DNA of 57,018 bases, the filler included, from Sphacelaria rigidula (lineage: Eukaryota): assembly GCA_964200075.2 (NCBI GenBank). It is 3 parts of 3 records of this genome, joined end to end, with 100 filler letters (N's around TTAATTAATTAA, not from the genome) between each part and the next. Parts side by side here need not be neighbours in the genome. Positions count along the whole stretch, not along the records: positions 1 to 18,948 come from CAXNAA020000760.1; positions 19,049 to 37,987 come from CAXNAA020000761.1; 1 more part is not named here. One strand, given 5' to 3'. The notes below the pieces were generated by a model. It was not told the origin of the DNA. It saw only the letters and a list, made by a program, of their open reading frames with translations, and searched no databases. Below are positions 13,032 to 24,613 of this stretch, piece by piece. The first letter of the stretch is position 1, and each line of letters opens with the position of its first letter. The position numbers and the translations under genes were made by a program.

Positions 13032-14196
13032 CGAGCTGGGCCAGCCGAGAAGCGATTCTGTAGTTTGCAGCCCTATTCTACGACCAATATTTAGAGTTGG
13101 ACCCTAAAACAATGAACAGGGCATACTGAAAAACATTACCAGTGCACACAAGCTTCTTCTTTTTTCCCCCATGAGTCAGAGGCATTTAACCAATATCTGA
13201 AAACTGATTATTGCCCTTAACTCATGAAAAACAAAAACTTGTGTGCACTACTATTTTTTCATTATGCCCTATTCATTGTCCATACCAAATTTCAGGGTTC
13301 ATCTCCAAGTATTGGCGGTATAATTAATGGGCCGTTTAGTGACAGGGTCAAAATAAATTCGGAACAGTATTTTGCAGGCCACTTACCGGCCCACGTTTGG
13401 TGTTTGTGTATCGAAACTTTGTGTGGACCGTGATTAGGGCATAATTGACGAAACAAAGTGGGTCAGGTCGTTTTTTTCTTATCTTTTCACTGGTTTAGGG
13501 CGTTTTAGTATGAAAACCGCCATTTTTTCACGAAAACGCCTAAACCTCTCCGAAAAAAAAACTGAGGGCCCATTTATTTTTTATTCAGCATACCTCCGTG
13601 GTTCTCTATCCTGAGTTTCAAATTACAATTCTAAAAATTGAGCTAAAAATTGAGATGAGGCCCAAAAGTAGTGTTCATTTCTCCTCAAAACTGCCCGAAA
13701 AACCCGAAAACCCGAAAAACAAAAAACAAAAAAATGAAAAAGCTGTGTTTGGAAGCTTCATTTTGCACTAGAGGTTCTCCATACCAAATTTTATAGCATT
13801 AACTGTCAAAAACTGAGACGCGATATCCAGGTTTAGCTAATCTAGCGCATCTGCTCGTAATATACTGATTTTAGTATGGAAACTTATGTGCGCCATATTT
13901 CGAGATAGATTACGACTTAGATGAAGGCGAGGGTATCTGTCGTCTCCCCGTGCTCCAGGGAATGTCCACACCAAAATTCGTCGTCAACCGCTGAATGCAT
14001 CGATCAGGGGTTTCATAGAGATTTTAGTATGGACGCTATCTCCCTTAGGTATAGGAATTACTTGGCATGGAGTTTAATCAACGAGAAAATATGGACCCAA
14101 AATTTTGAGCAGATGGGCACCTTCCCCTTGGTTAGAAGATTAATACAATATGCGGATCATGACCCAACTCGTCCGTGTCTAGGCTGGCCCAGCTCG
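13032..14196. mobile_element. Non-autonomous Tc1/mariner-type element (MITE), copy A, 1165 bp
   Basis: 15-bp TIR cgagctgggccagcc / ggctggcccagctcg, preceded by TA (right flank CA). Closely similar to 14558-15753; has an internal hairpin. Confidence 0.85.
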
Positions 14197-14557
14197 CATG
14201 CTTTGGCTGTTGGGCCTCTCAGTATCTGTCCTCGAGAAAACGGTGCAATGTGGTGGGAGGAAACGTGTATATGTGTATCTGTTAATTGCAGCAGCTCGAA
14301 AATGAGAACCCTCTATTGGCACTTTAAAATGACAGCTTGCAAACGTTTTGACATTGTTGGTTGACTTGATCGATTCATTGGTTCATTGTCGCACTTGAAC
14401 TGACCCCCCAAACATTACAGTTGCCAAGCAGGCAAAACATTCATACCGGAGGGACAGATCGTCGATATCCGTTTGCAGACGTCTGCACAGCTTCCGCGAA
14501 GGCCAAAGGCCAGAGCAGATTCAAGGATTGGTTGATTATTATCGTACATTGACACTA

Positions 14558-15753
14558 CGAGCTGGCCCAGCCGAGAAGCGATTCTGTAGTTTGCAGGCCC
14601 ATTATACGGCCAATACTTGGAGTTGGACCCTAAAATTTGGTATGGACAACGAGTAGGGCATAATAATAAAAGATACTAGTGCACACAAGGTTTTTATTTT
14701 TTTTCCATGAGTTAGAGGCATTTAACCGATATCTGAAAACTGATTATTGCCCTTAACTCATGAAAAAATAAAAATAAAAACTTGTGTGCACGAGTATTTT
14801 TTCATTATGCCCTCCTCATTGTCCATACCAAATTTCAGGGTTCATCTCTAAGTATTGGCTGTATAATGGACCGTTTAGTGACAGGGTCAAAATAAATTCG
14901 GAACAGTATTTTGCAGGCCACTTACCGGCCCACGTTTGGTGTTTGTGTATTGAAAATTTGTGTGGACCGTGATTAGGGCATAATTGACGAAACAAAGTGG
15001 ATCAGGTCGTTTTTTTCTCATCTTTTCACTGGTTTAGGGCGTTTTAGTATGGAAACCGCCATTTTTTCACGAGAACGCCTGAACCTCTCCAAAACAAAGA
15101 AAATGAAGGCCCATTTATTTATTTATTTATTATCATACCTCTGTGTTCCTCCATGCTGAGGTTTAAATTACAATTCTAAAAATTGAGCTAAAAATTGAGA
15201 TGAGGCCCAAAAGTAGCGTTCATGTCTCCTCAAAACTGCCCGAAAAACCCGAAAAAAATGAAAAAGCTGTGTTTGGAAGCTTTATCATGCACTAGCGGTT
15301 CTCCATACGAAATTTTATAGCATAACTCTCGAAAATTGAGACGCGATATCCAGATTTAGCTAATGTAGCGCATCTCCTCGTAATATACTGATTTTAGTAT
15401 GTAAACTTATGTGCGCCATATTTCGAGATAGATTACGAATCAGGTGAAGGCGAGGGTATCTATCTTCTCCTTTTGCTCCGGGGAATGTCACTCCAAAATT
15501 CGTCATCAGCCGCTGAATGCATCGATCGGGGGTTTCATAGAGATTCTAGTATAGACGCTATCTCCCTTAGGTATAGGAATTACTAGACATGGGGTTTAAT
15601 CAACGAGAAAATATGGGCCCAAAATTTTGAGCAGATGGGCACCTTCCCCTTGGTTAGACGATTAATACAATATGCGGATCATGACCCAACTCGTCCGTGT
15701 CGACGAGATATTGCTTTGAGAACTTAAATCCGTGTCTAGGCTGGCCCAGCTCG
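14558..15753. mobile_element. Non-autonomous Tc1/mariner-type element (MITE), copy B, 1196 bp
   Basis: TA|cgagctggcccagcc ... ggctggcccagctcg|TA; direct repeat of copy A; internal palindrome ~14596-14872. Confidence 0.85.
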
Positions 15754-17236
15754 TAGCCCTGGAAGATCCGCCCGATTCGAACGTTCATCTTGTGGCAAGA
15801 GTTGAGAATATCCAAAGACGTTGTACGAGCATCACGGGAGCATGTGGTCATGTATGCTGTCCAGGGGATCCGCGGTTTGTTTGCAGCGATTTGTACAATT
15901 ACTACGACGTACAGTCGGCGGCGGGAAAGAACTCTCTCTGCGCCACGGGTAGTGGTTGTTACTGGCAGGCGTCACGAACGTCGATGTCGGCATGCCACCT
16001 GCTGCGCACGGGTATCTGGATCTTGTTGCTGTTGTGCCGGCGATGGCGGTTTTTCGATTGGCGGCTCTTGGTGTATCGGCCTCGTGCTTGTGGCGTGGGT
16101 CCACTCGGCGAGGTCTCCGCGTCGTCGTGCTTCCTTGGACCCGTACGACCCTTTCTCGGTTGCGAAGTGTCATTTGCCCACGCTCTTACGGCAGTGGCCC
16201 ATTCTTGTGAATCTGTGACCCCCACACCGCACGCGAACCATTTCCTTCTTTGTCCCTTGCGTGGGACACAGCCCCTATTATAGCGGTCGCAGGTTCTCCC
16301 GGAAGCTTCATACGTCTGTGTGTGGCGGCCTGCCGGTATGCGGTTGCCAATGGTGTATTGCGATGGCTGCGACGACATTGGTGTGCAAAACAATGCTGGC
16401 TTGCTGCTCTATAGTGCCATCATATTATCTGTGCGACGCTGCTGACCTGCTGCTGTCACGCTTCTCGCGTACGGTGCAGTACGGTCAGATTTCATCATTA
16501 GGGATCCAGCCTGAGACGAACATCTCTCCGCGCACCCGAGGTTATTTTTTCCACGCAAGGAAAAATGATGAGACAGCTTCGTGGCGCCGCAGAGCTATGT
16601 CAAATCCAGCTTGTTGTACACAGGGGCGGGTTGGCACAAGATGACATGATTTTTCAGTGACAAGCAAAATCGGCTTATCATTTTGAGAGAGACCCAGCTA
16701 TAGTATACACTGGGAACACCATGCTCCCAGATTCTGTACGTGGGCCGTGAATACTCGCAGGGCAGTCTTGTTGTGATAGTCTAGTCGGTGTCCTTTCACA
16801 TAGCCTGGGCGCCTTTGTCGACGCATCTTTTTTCAGGACACGTGAACTTTTCTGTTTCTTGTTCATGTCAATCAGTGGTGTAATGGTGCATTCGGTTGCG
16901 CCATGTGTCGAGCAATGCTGTGGTAGGGGTGCACTTTTTGCGCACAATTTCGTCTGGTTCAGGGACTCCTAGCGATTCTCGATGCGCAAGAATAGGGGTC
17001 AGGGCTTCCCCGTTTGCGAATTCATTCGAGATACCCCTACACTAGCAGATTGAAATAGTAATTCCGGCGTACCCTATATTTCAGAAGTCGTGTTTTGAAT
17101 TAGATGAAGGGCTCCTAACAATTCTAATCTGAAAAAATATTTGTGCACCCTTACCGTAGCATCACTCTGTCCCTCACCCCTTTCCTCCCCGTGGCGTTGC
17201 AATTTTGCTGCGAATGCGCTCTGAATGTGTCCGCAG

Positions 17237-17335
17237 ATTGTCTGCGTTCCATGCGGGGACCGTCTCAAGGAGGCCAACGTCCCGTGCCCCCTATGCAATA
17301 GGGCTATCGATGCCGTCGTTCAAAACTTCTCGTGA
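17237..17335 (+). CDS. Terminal exon completing the Mdm2-type RING (IVCVPCGDRLKEANVPCPLCNRAIDAVVQNFS*)
   Basis: ccgcag| acceptor in phase 0. Supplies the four remaining Cys at exactly the Mdm2 spacing, with the stop at 17333-17335. Too short to appear in the ORF track. Confidence 0.85.
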   Translation: MVCVPCGDRLKEANVPCPLCNRAIDAVVQNFS

Positions 17336-18287
17336 TGCTCATCCACTGTAGGGTGCAACCGAGCTTCGGGATGCAGGGCGACAAAAGTGCGCAACACACC
17401 CTGTCCGGCAGCCAGGATGTTTGGCCGTCGTCTTTGCCTAGATCGTAGGTAAACTCCATGCGCCAAATCGTGAATGATGTTTTGGGATCTGTTGATGTTC
17501 GGCGTATATTTGGTGAACGCCAGTGGAGTATTTTCACATTTGGTTGACGAAAGAGAAACTAGGTGTTTCACATGGAAATTCACGGTTCCGAGTAGCGAGA
17601 TGGTACATTCTGTCTGCGTTGGCCGTGCTCGCGGGATGTGAGGAAGCGAACCAGCTCGCCCATCGCATTTTCCCCCCTTGACGTGTACAGGAGAAGTGTT
17701 GTTGGTGCTCTAGCTCCCAAGGAGGGTTTGTACGTTTGTCTTGTCCACATGCATGCGCGTTTTAGGGGGCGGTTGATTGTTCGAACACCGTGAACTATGG
17801 TAATTATCGATGATGTTATCTGGTGACAGCCCAGTGAAGTTTCGGAGAGTGCTTGTTGTAGGTGTACATGGACGCCAGCAGGACATCGGCGCTTGATAAA
17901 AGTGATGCAAGATTTGATAAAGTAGCGAAAATGCGGGCAGTGGTACTTTGCAGGATTTTCCTCATAACTTTTCGATTTCGCACGATTCATTGTGGTGTAC
18001 GGAACGCAGTTCGGCACAAATTTGAAACATCCAGCATCGTGCTGTACCACGTGTCGCATTTTCAAAATTCCATCACCGTAGAATGTTGTACCGCAATTCC
18101 CCGGTACCGTACCGTACCGTGCGTACCGTCAAGCACAGATGCCGTAGTGCAAATCCCGCCGTACTCCGGTGGTGAAATGGGTCGACTGTCACCATTAGGG
18201 TAGAGAGAACGTGGGTTCGATTTCCGATGCATTGGAATTTACTGTGTCTGATTTCCACCGTCGGAAGCGTGAGTACGTGACTAAACA

Positions 18288-18460
18288 AGAAGTAGTCCAT
18301 TGAGTTTGTTTGATGGGTGAAAGTTCACGCGGTGCGGGAGTGCTGACCGAATCCGCAAGATCAAAATGCAAGGCATATGCCGGGGAGAGGCGGATCGATC
18401 CCTTGACACCACGAAGCCGTTGGTGGAAAGGGAGGGGTGAAAAGTGTGACGAAAAACAAC
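18288..18460. repeat. Dispersed repeat; inverted copy at ~46030-46205
   Basis: gtttgtttga...acgcggtgcgggagtgctgacc...caaaatg...ggaggggt..aaagtgtg is shared with the reverse complement of 46030-46205. Confidence 0.7.
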
Positions 18461-18948
18461 GAGAAAGTCCCACGGTGGACCCCGCATCTGTTACTGTTAT
18501 CATGTGCGGCTCGAATGTATCGTATGCATGGTATCCATACAATGCCGCCACGGACAGGGTTTCCAACTCCGTGCGTGAATGTTTTTACACGTTTCGCTTA
18601 CGACAGCGAAACGTCTCTGTTGCAGACTGACAGAAGAAAACTGCAAGGTAGCCTCATTCCGACCCGCGGTCGAGAGGGCAGACCAGTCTTTCCGCACATA
18701 TACTGAAGGTCAATAGCTTCATGTTTCGGCTTCGATGTTCGATTGTCTAGGGGACAAACGCCAAGAGAAGAAAAGTTAATTGACAATCGAGCAATCAAAA
18801 ATAGAGTCATCATGCCATCGTGTAAATTGAGTGAGAGTGAGAGTGAGAGTTGAGGAACGAGAGAGAAACACCCATTAACAGCCGATTTTATATTTTGGGG
18901 TTCATACAAAATGTGGGGTTGAAGTGGCATATCTCTCTTGCACGGAAG

Positions 18949-19048
18949 NNNNNNNNNNNNNNNNNNNNNNNNNNNNNNNNNNNNNNNNNNNNTTAATTAA
19001 TTAANNNNNNNNNNNNNNNNNNNNNNNNNNNNNNNNNNNNNNNNNNNN
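18949..19048. other. Scaffolding gap (100 nt) with artificial TTAATTAATTAA linker
   Basis: N run with a central six-frame-stop linker, identical in form to 37988-38087. Confidence 0.95.
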
Positions 19049-19834
19049 GCGGAAAAAGTAATAATAATAATAATAATAATTTCCAACCTATGAAATATCG
19101 ATATATCGGTTCAACATCCGTCCTCGGGCAGCCAAGGGTGATACTCACGGTGTGATTTATCGAGGTATTGGTCCAAGATCAGTCCTCAGGCAACGAAAAA
19201 GTTTTCAACGTGCCATACAAGAACAAGTCTTCTTTCGAAGAAACCCAACCCCCATCTGTCACCTGACCACATTACTAGGGCCCAACATATGCAAGACATT
19301 CCTCCGTAGTAAACAGCCGCCTCCTCTAATGCTGCCCCGGTCAAACGGCGTCGACCGCACATACGCGTTGGGCTGTTTTCAACCCGTGGTGGTTGTCGGC
19401 AGAACAAAAAAGTGTCAAGTTACACATCAAGTTTTGGGTTGATGTGAGATGCCCATCCCCACTGGCGCACACCACAGACGTCACACCTCGAACGAGTGGT
19501 ATTGGATCCTTACCGGATCCTCCTCTCAATTGCGGTATCTCAGACTCAAGGTTCTCCCTTTATTTACCGGCACCTCACTGTCTGTTCAACACCCTGTATG
19601 GGGAACCTCGAGTTCGAGATACTGACTGGATCTCAAAACACGAGCTGAAATATGTTTTGCACAAACTACGACTATCGGAAGGAAGAGCAGCTGATCGGTG
19701 GGTCACGGGGTACTTCTATCGCAGAAAACTCATCAGCAGTGATGTCTCCTGGACTTCCATTCCCGACGCCAACATTCATGACTCATATCTCGCTTATTTT
19801 TCGAGGGGGAACGGCTTCACCATTTAGGCCGTGT

Positions 19835-20302
19835 CTTAGGCCAACTCTAATGGGAGTTGTTCAAAATTCCTGTCGGAAACTGCCTTTTGGACCTTTCTCC
19901 GTCGATTTGCGCCCGAAAAGAGGGCTAGGCGGATTTTGACACGTTGGGAGGACTTGCTGTACTCGTTGAGACCCTAGGACAACTCTAATGGGAGCTGTTC
20001 GAAATTCCTGTCGGAAACTGCTTTCGGACCTTCCGTCGATTTGCGCCCGAAAAGAGGGCCAGGCGGATGTTGACACCTTGGAAGGGCTTGCTCTACTTGT
20101 TGAGATCCGCCTAGGGCAACTTTGCATTTCCCGCTAGCTGCACTCTTATGTTTGGCCAAATGAGGCCAAACACGGACGTTCAACAAAAAATGGTCAGGTG
20201 AACAAAACTCTTCCTGTTTTTTGATCGCTTGATCATTTTCTGTTGAAAGTCCGTGTTTGGCCAAACATGAAGGTGCGGCCAGCGGGAAATGCAAAGTTGT
20301 CC
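19835..20302. repeat. Tandem ~140-bp duplication followed by a ~190-bp hairpin; related to the 8648-9124 and 56285-56555 fold-back family
   Basis: caactctaatgggag..gttc.aaattcctgtcggaaactgc...gcccgaaaagagggc.aggcggat occurs twice; then gggcaactttgcatttcccgct...agcgggaaatgcaaagttgtcc forms an inverted repeat. Confidence 0.8.
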
Positions 20303-20332
20303 TGTCCCTCCAAAACTTCAAGTCGCTTCTTC

Positions 20333-20403
20333 GTGGGAGTCGGGATTCGAACCCCGAACCTTCTGTTGATCAAGCAAACGAGTTATCTCACTCGTGTCAC
20401 CAC
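20333..20403 (-). other. tRNA-like sequence (probable SINE head or tRNA pseudogene)
   Basis: The minus strand reads gtggtgacacgagtgag...cggggttcgaatcccgactcccac, with a B-box GGTTCGAATCC and gtgg/ccac ends. D and anticodon arms are poor. Confidence 0.4.
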
Positions 20404-22099
20404 TGTGAAGAGATGATTCCTCGACGAGCACTCCAGGGAATTTTCATCTTCCATGTGGTTTCCCACACTCGTGGAGGTGTTAGATTGTGAAAAGTATTCC
20501 AAGCAATAGGATTTAGTACGCTGTATGGACCCACGAGACACATGAGCGTTCACAGGAAATGTGATCTTACGCGTGTACAAAGCCGTTTCCTAATTGATGG
20601 TCGGGGCAGTTCAAACTTGATGGAATGATTCCATGCATACTTCCTAGAGTTTGTATACTAGGATTTCTTTGAATGGTACGCCATCACGCGCGCACGTAGC
20701 CGGAAGATATTTCCGTCCAGGTTCAAACTTTTCACGAGGGTCGTGTATCCTTCCATGTACACGTGTTTGTACAGATCAAACCATACTTGGGTTACGCACG
20801 CACTGTTACAAAGTGATCATCCGAACACATGAGTGCCCACTGGATCATGCGCGCGGATGCTCTCCACACGCTTTGACGGCGAGCGTAGGAAATCTCTGAG
20901 ATCGGCGTCAAGTTCAGTTGAAAAAAAAGCATGCATGATCCAGACGGACTACCCTCGCGGCCAAGGGATGATCACCATTTTTGTTGCATTTATTCCTATT
21001 ATAGGTTGAGTTACCTTGCGGGGAATGATCCAGTACGAATACTACGCTCGGCCTCAGCATGCTATCGAAGTGCTCCATACCGACCACAAGAAAATCGACT
21101 TTTGCCCGGAACGTGGGTGTGGGCGGGGTGGGGGGGTACTCATGATCTTGAACGTCATATTGGTGGGCGGGGGGGTACGTCTCTTGGGAGAAATATTCAT
21201 GTCCCACCTTTTCTTCATACGTGATTCGACAGGTTATCGAACCGGCATCATTGCACTACACGTGGTGATCCTCCACCAACACCAAAACCAAGTGAAGCGT
21301 GTCGGGACTGTATCATGTGTTGTATGAGGGAGTCCATAGGTTTGACCTGCAGCGTGTCAAAAAGTTGTGATCGGCTTGTTCTTCGTCACAACGATTATAA
21401 TGCCCGTTCGACACGGGATTTCCCCCGTCGGTCAAACTCAAGCAGGTCGCCGACTATCCCCCATATTTTCTTTCAAATTCTGATCCTCCGGGAGTTGCCC
21501 TTTTCATTCGTGTTTTATTAGCTCCATCATAGGTATCCGCCGCGAGGAAGATCACAGTTTCACGGCTATGGATCTCTACAAAATTATGCAGCACTGACTG
21601 TAATCAAGTATGATCGAGCACCGGGACCGCATTCCTCCCACATCGCGTGTGCCGGAGAAACAAAGAAAGGCCTCGACCCCTCAGGCGTCACATCCACTTT
21701 GAGAATAAATGCACCCGCCGGAAATCGACGGCTGGCAAAGGTTCATTTTATTGTTCTGTGTAGGGAGAGGGGCACTGCGGTGAGAAAAACTAGATGCTGC
21801 ACCTGACCGAGACTTTTCTACTGTCGCGAGCAGCACCCTGACTTGACAATGTGCCGTGTGTTCCGCCCTCCCTCAATCCTGATTCATATGCGCCTTTTAA
21901 CCAAATGAGTACCTTCCAATATACTTCCAGTGACCAACAGGTCTACTGAGCCAGGGGCTATCCCGAAGGGTTTGGTGTTCCAAGCGGTTTTTGAGACGCC
22001 GAGTGCCAGCAGGGTGGATCACCGGTGTCTTCCAGTCATTCTTGAAGTGTATTTGATGCCGATTCAACAGACTTTGCACCGACGTTGGTGAAAGGGATG

Positions 22100-22880
22100 T
22101 TACATCACGTAGATGTGAAAAACACGAAGGTGAAAGTTTTCCCATTTACTGCTGTACTTGTAGCTTCTACTGCTGTGGTTGTACTTGCATTTGCACTTGT
22201 CCCTGTCTGGCTTGCTCATCGAAATCGTCATCGCTTTTTGAAGTTGAAAATTGATGCGGGGGTTGAAAAAGCCGGTCATGGATGGGCTCATGGCGCAGTC
22301 ACCTGCAGTTGCTGCACGTCGATGACACTGTCTTTCCATCCATCGCCGATTCATCTCCGGCGGGAATCGCGACGATGTGTGAAGCAACACACAGCTACAC
22401 GTCATAGGCGACAGTTTTCGTCAGCATACTCCTGCTTTCATCGCAGATACTCATGAGAGAATCGCAAAACTGGTGTACACCCGCATGTTTAGGACAACCA
22501 GTCTAGACGGGTAAAAATGCTCATGAACATGTACCTAGGACACTCCATGTGTCAGTCTTGTGTGCGTTCGAATCGCATTGCGGAATGTACTCCCGCAGTG
22601 TATAGGTAGTACTCTGGGATAATGGGATGACAACCCGCAGTATCATGTGGGGGTAGCAACAACTTTTCTTTGCACCTCGGGCTTGATTTTTCCCCAAGTG
22701 AAACGACGGCGCGCACCCTCTTTAGAGGTATGTCGAAACTTGAGTAACTGAGACAAGTCCATGGTGCTCCTTGGCAACGCGACTGGTGCACAGCAAGCTT
22801 CCCGCACCGCGACCAACAGCCGAGTCGAGGCTAGACAAAACGCGGTGGGAGATTTCACAACATAGTCACGTCGCACTATC
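22100..22880 (-). pseudogene. Possible highly decayed piggyBac transposase C-terminal region
   Basis: Fragments LLVAVRE..APVALPRST, HPIIPEYYLYTAGVHSA (cf. PxxIxxYNxxMGGVD) and a terminal CKC...HLRVFHIY occur in the expected order, in different frames. Confidence 0.3.
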
Positions 22881-22930
22881 GTAATAACGTTGTCCCCAGG
22901 GCTTCACAAGAGCAAGTATGCTTTTTTCAA

Positions 22931-23025
22931 CCCCTAGACCGCGAGGTTAGTCTTTTGTTGAATCAGCATCAATTTCAATAAAAAAGTATGCATGCTCCAG
23001 AAAGACAGATCTCGCGGTCCAAGGG
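22931..23025. mobile_element. Miniature piggyBac-like inverted-repeat element
   Basis: tcaa|cccctagaccgcgag ... ctcgcggtccaaggg|ttaa: CCC...GGG termini and a TTAA-like target. A related end lies at ~20917-20970. Confidence 0.5.
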
Positions 23026-24445
23026 TTAAACTCGGGTACAAAGGAGCGGATTCCTTCACGCCCATATATCTAGCCGGGCTCTGGGTTGCCACTGCCACTT
23101 AGCAGCCCAGAGCACTACTGTACAGTTGTGGTGTGAACACCGTTTGAACGCAAATATTCGAGTGAAAAAAATGCGCGAAAAAATGCCGAAGACCGTGCAA
23201 ACGCGTTACAGGCCCTCTCTAGCCATTTTGAAAGTGTGTACACCTACAGACAGCCCTACAGTACGTTGTGTAACCGGCGGACACATTTTTCGCGCGAAAG
23301 AATGACCTGCATGTCGGCAGTCGCTCTTTTTGCGCGCGAAACATGTTCGCGGTAACACTCGGGGATGATCGCCGTGTTGACGATGGGATGCGCTGGAGCT
23401 TTGCCGAGCAAAAGAGAAGCGTATGTATCATATTATGCGCAAACTTGAGTGCATTACGTTGATGGGGCTTACAAGTTCACTGCGCGTGCCCGTTCAGTGG
23501 AGCATCGCACACAGCGAGCACCTCTACACGCATCGGTACAGCCAGAGACGCAGACAGTGCGGCCCGTGTTCCGTGGCGTTAGCAACCAACATCGGCAGGC
23601 AGCAACACAGGAGGCAGCCGAGCAACGCAAGAAGAAGTCGATCACTCCAGTACGGCCGTCTGGAACGTGATGATAATCGCGCACCGAGCCCGGGTACACA
23701 TAACAGAGCCGTGGGGTATCTACATCTAGCACCTGAGCGGAACGAAACGTTGGGTGTTCTCGAAAAATATAGGTATGACCCACAACCTGCTCGTGATTTG
23801 AATCTCCACCCTCCTCATTCGGTGTCAATATACCAACGAAATAACTTTGGCTGAAACGTGACACAATCAAGGAACCGAGGCGGACAGGACGAAGGTAATC
23901 CGCAACAAGACCGAGACACGAGTCTCTGCATGTCACCATGAATGCAGGGTACAGCACCTCTTCGCGTTGAACATGAAAAGGTTGAGTGGGACCCCAAAAT
24001 TCAGATGCACCATATCACTGACTCCCAGTATAGGACGGCGTTGATAAGGTTGTCAACAATGCAGCCCCAGCATCGACAAGCGCCTTCAAACAACTCGAGT
24101 CTTGAGGTGTGTCCGCGTAATTACGACTAGACCAGAACATGTGTGCATGCCATCGGCAACTTCGTTAGATCCGTCAGCTGGTACAGCGTGGCTGTGTGGG
24201 GTGGGGGCTAGAGGCGTCTGTGTGCCAGGCGCGCATAGTGGATGCGACTTGCGAGGAGAAACATATAGTAAAAAACGCACGAAACACGAAGATACACCAC
24301 GTAGAATAAGACATTCACATTGCGCTACTGCTGCTGTACACTAGCCCGGAGTCGTCTGGTATAGCCATGCGACGTGGAAGACGGCCGGACAAGAACATAT
24401 CTGCATCAGTGAGAACACTACAAGAAACCTCTGGGCAAGTCATAC

Positions 24446-24613
24446 CTGCAACGCATACTGCTCCAAAGACTCGTGCAGCTCGTGCACGTAGTGCTTGAGG
24501 TACGTGTATCGCTTATGCGAATCGTCGAACTTTTCGTTGAAACCTGACTGCCGCAGGCCCATTTTCACGAGCAACCGTCGCCCAATGCGCGGCTTGTGCG
24601 TAGAAGAAACCAT
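24446..24613 (-). CDS. Putative first exon of an N-BAR-like (amphiphysin/endophilin-like) protein; downstream exons not identified
   Basis: ATG at 24613; MVSSTHKPRIGRRLLVKMGLRQSGFNEKFDDSHKRYTYLKHYVHELHESLEQYALQ; cag|gtatga donor. The pattern resembles N-BAR helix 1 (QKLG..ETKDEQF...LQ..L..Y). Confidence 0.4.

Noticed and set aside
18993..19004. TTAATTAATTAA palindrome inside N runs (also 38032-38043)
   Set aside because: Artificial six-frame-stop scaffolding linker, not biology.
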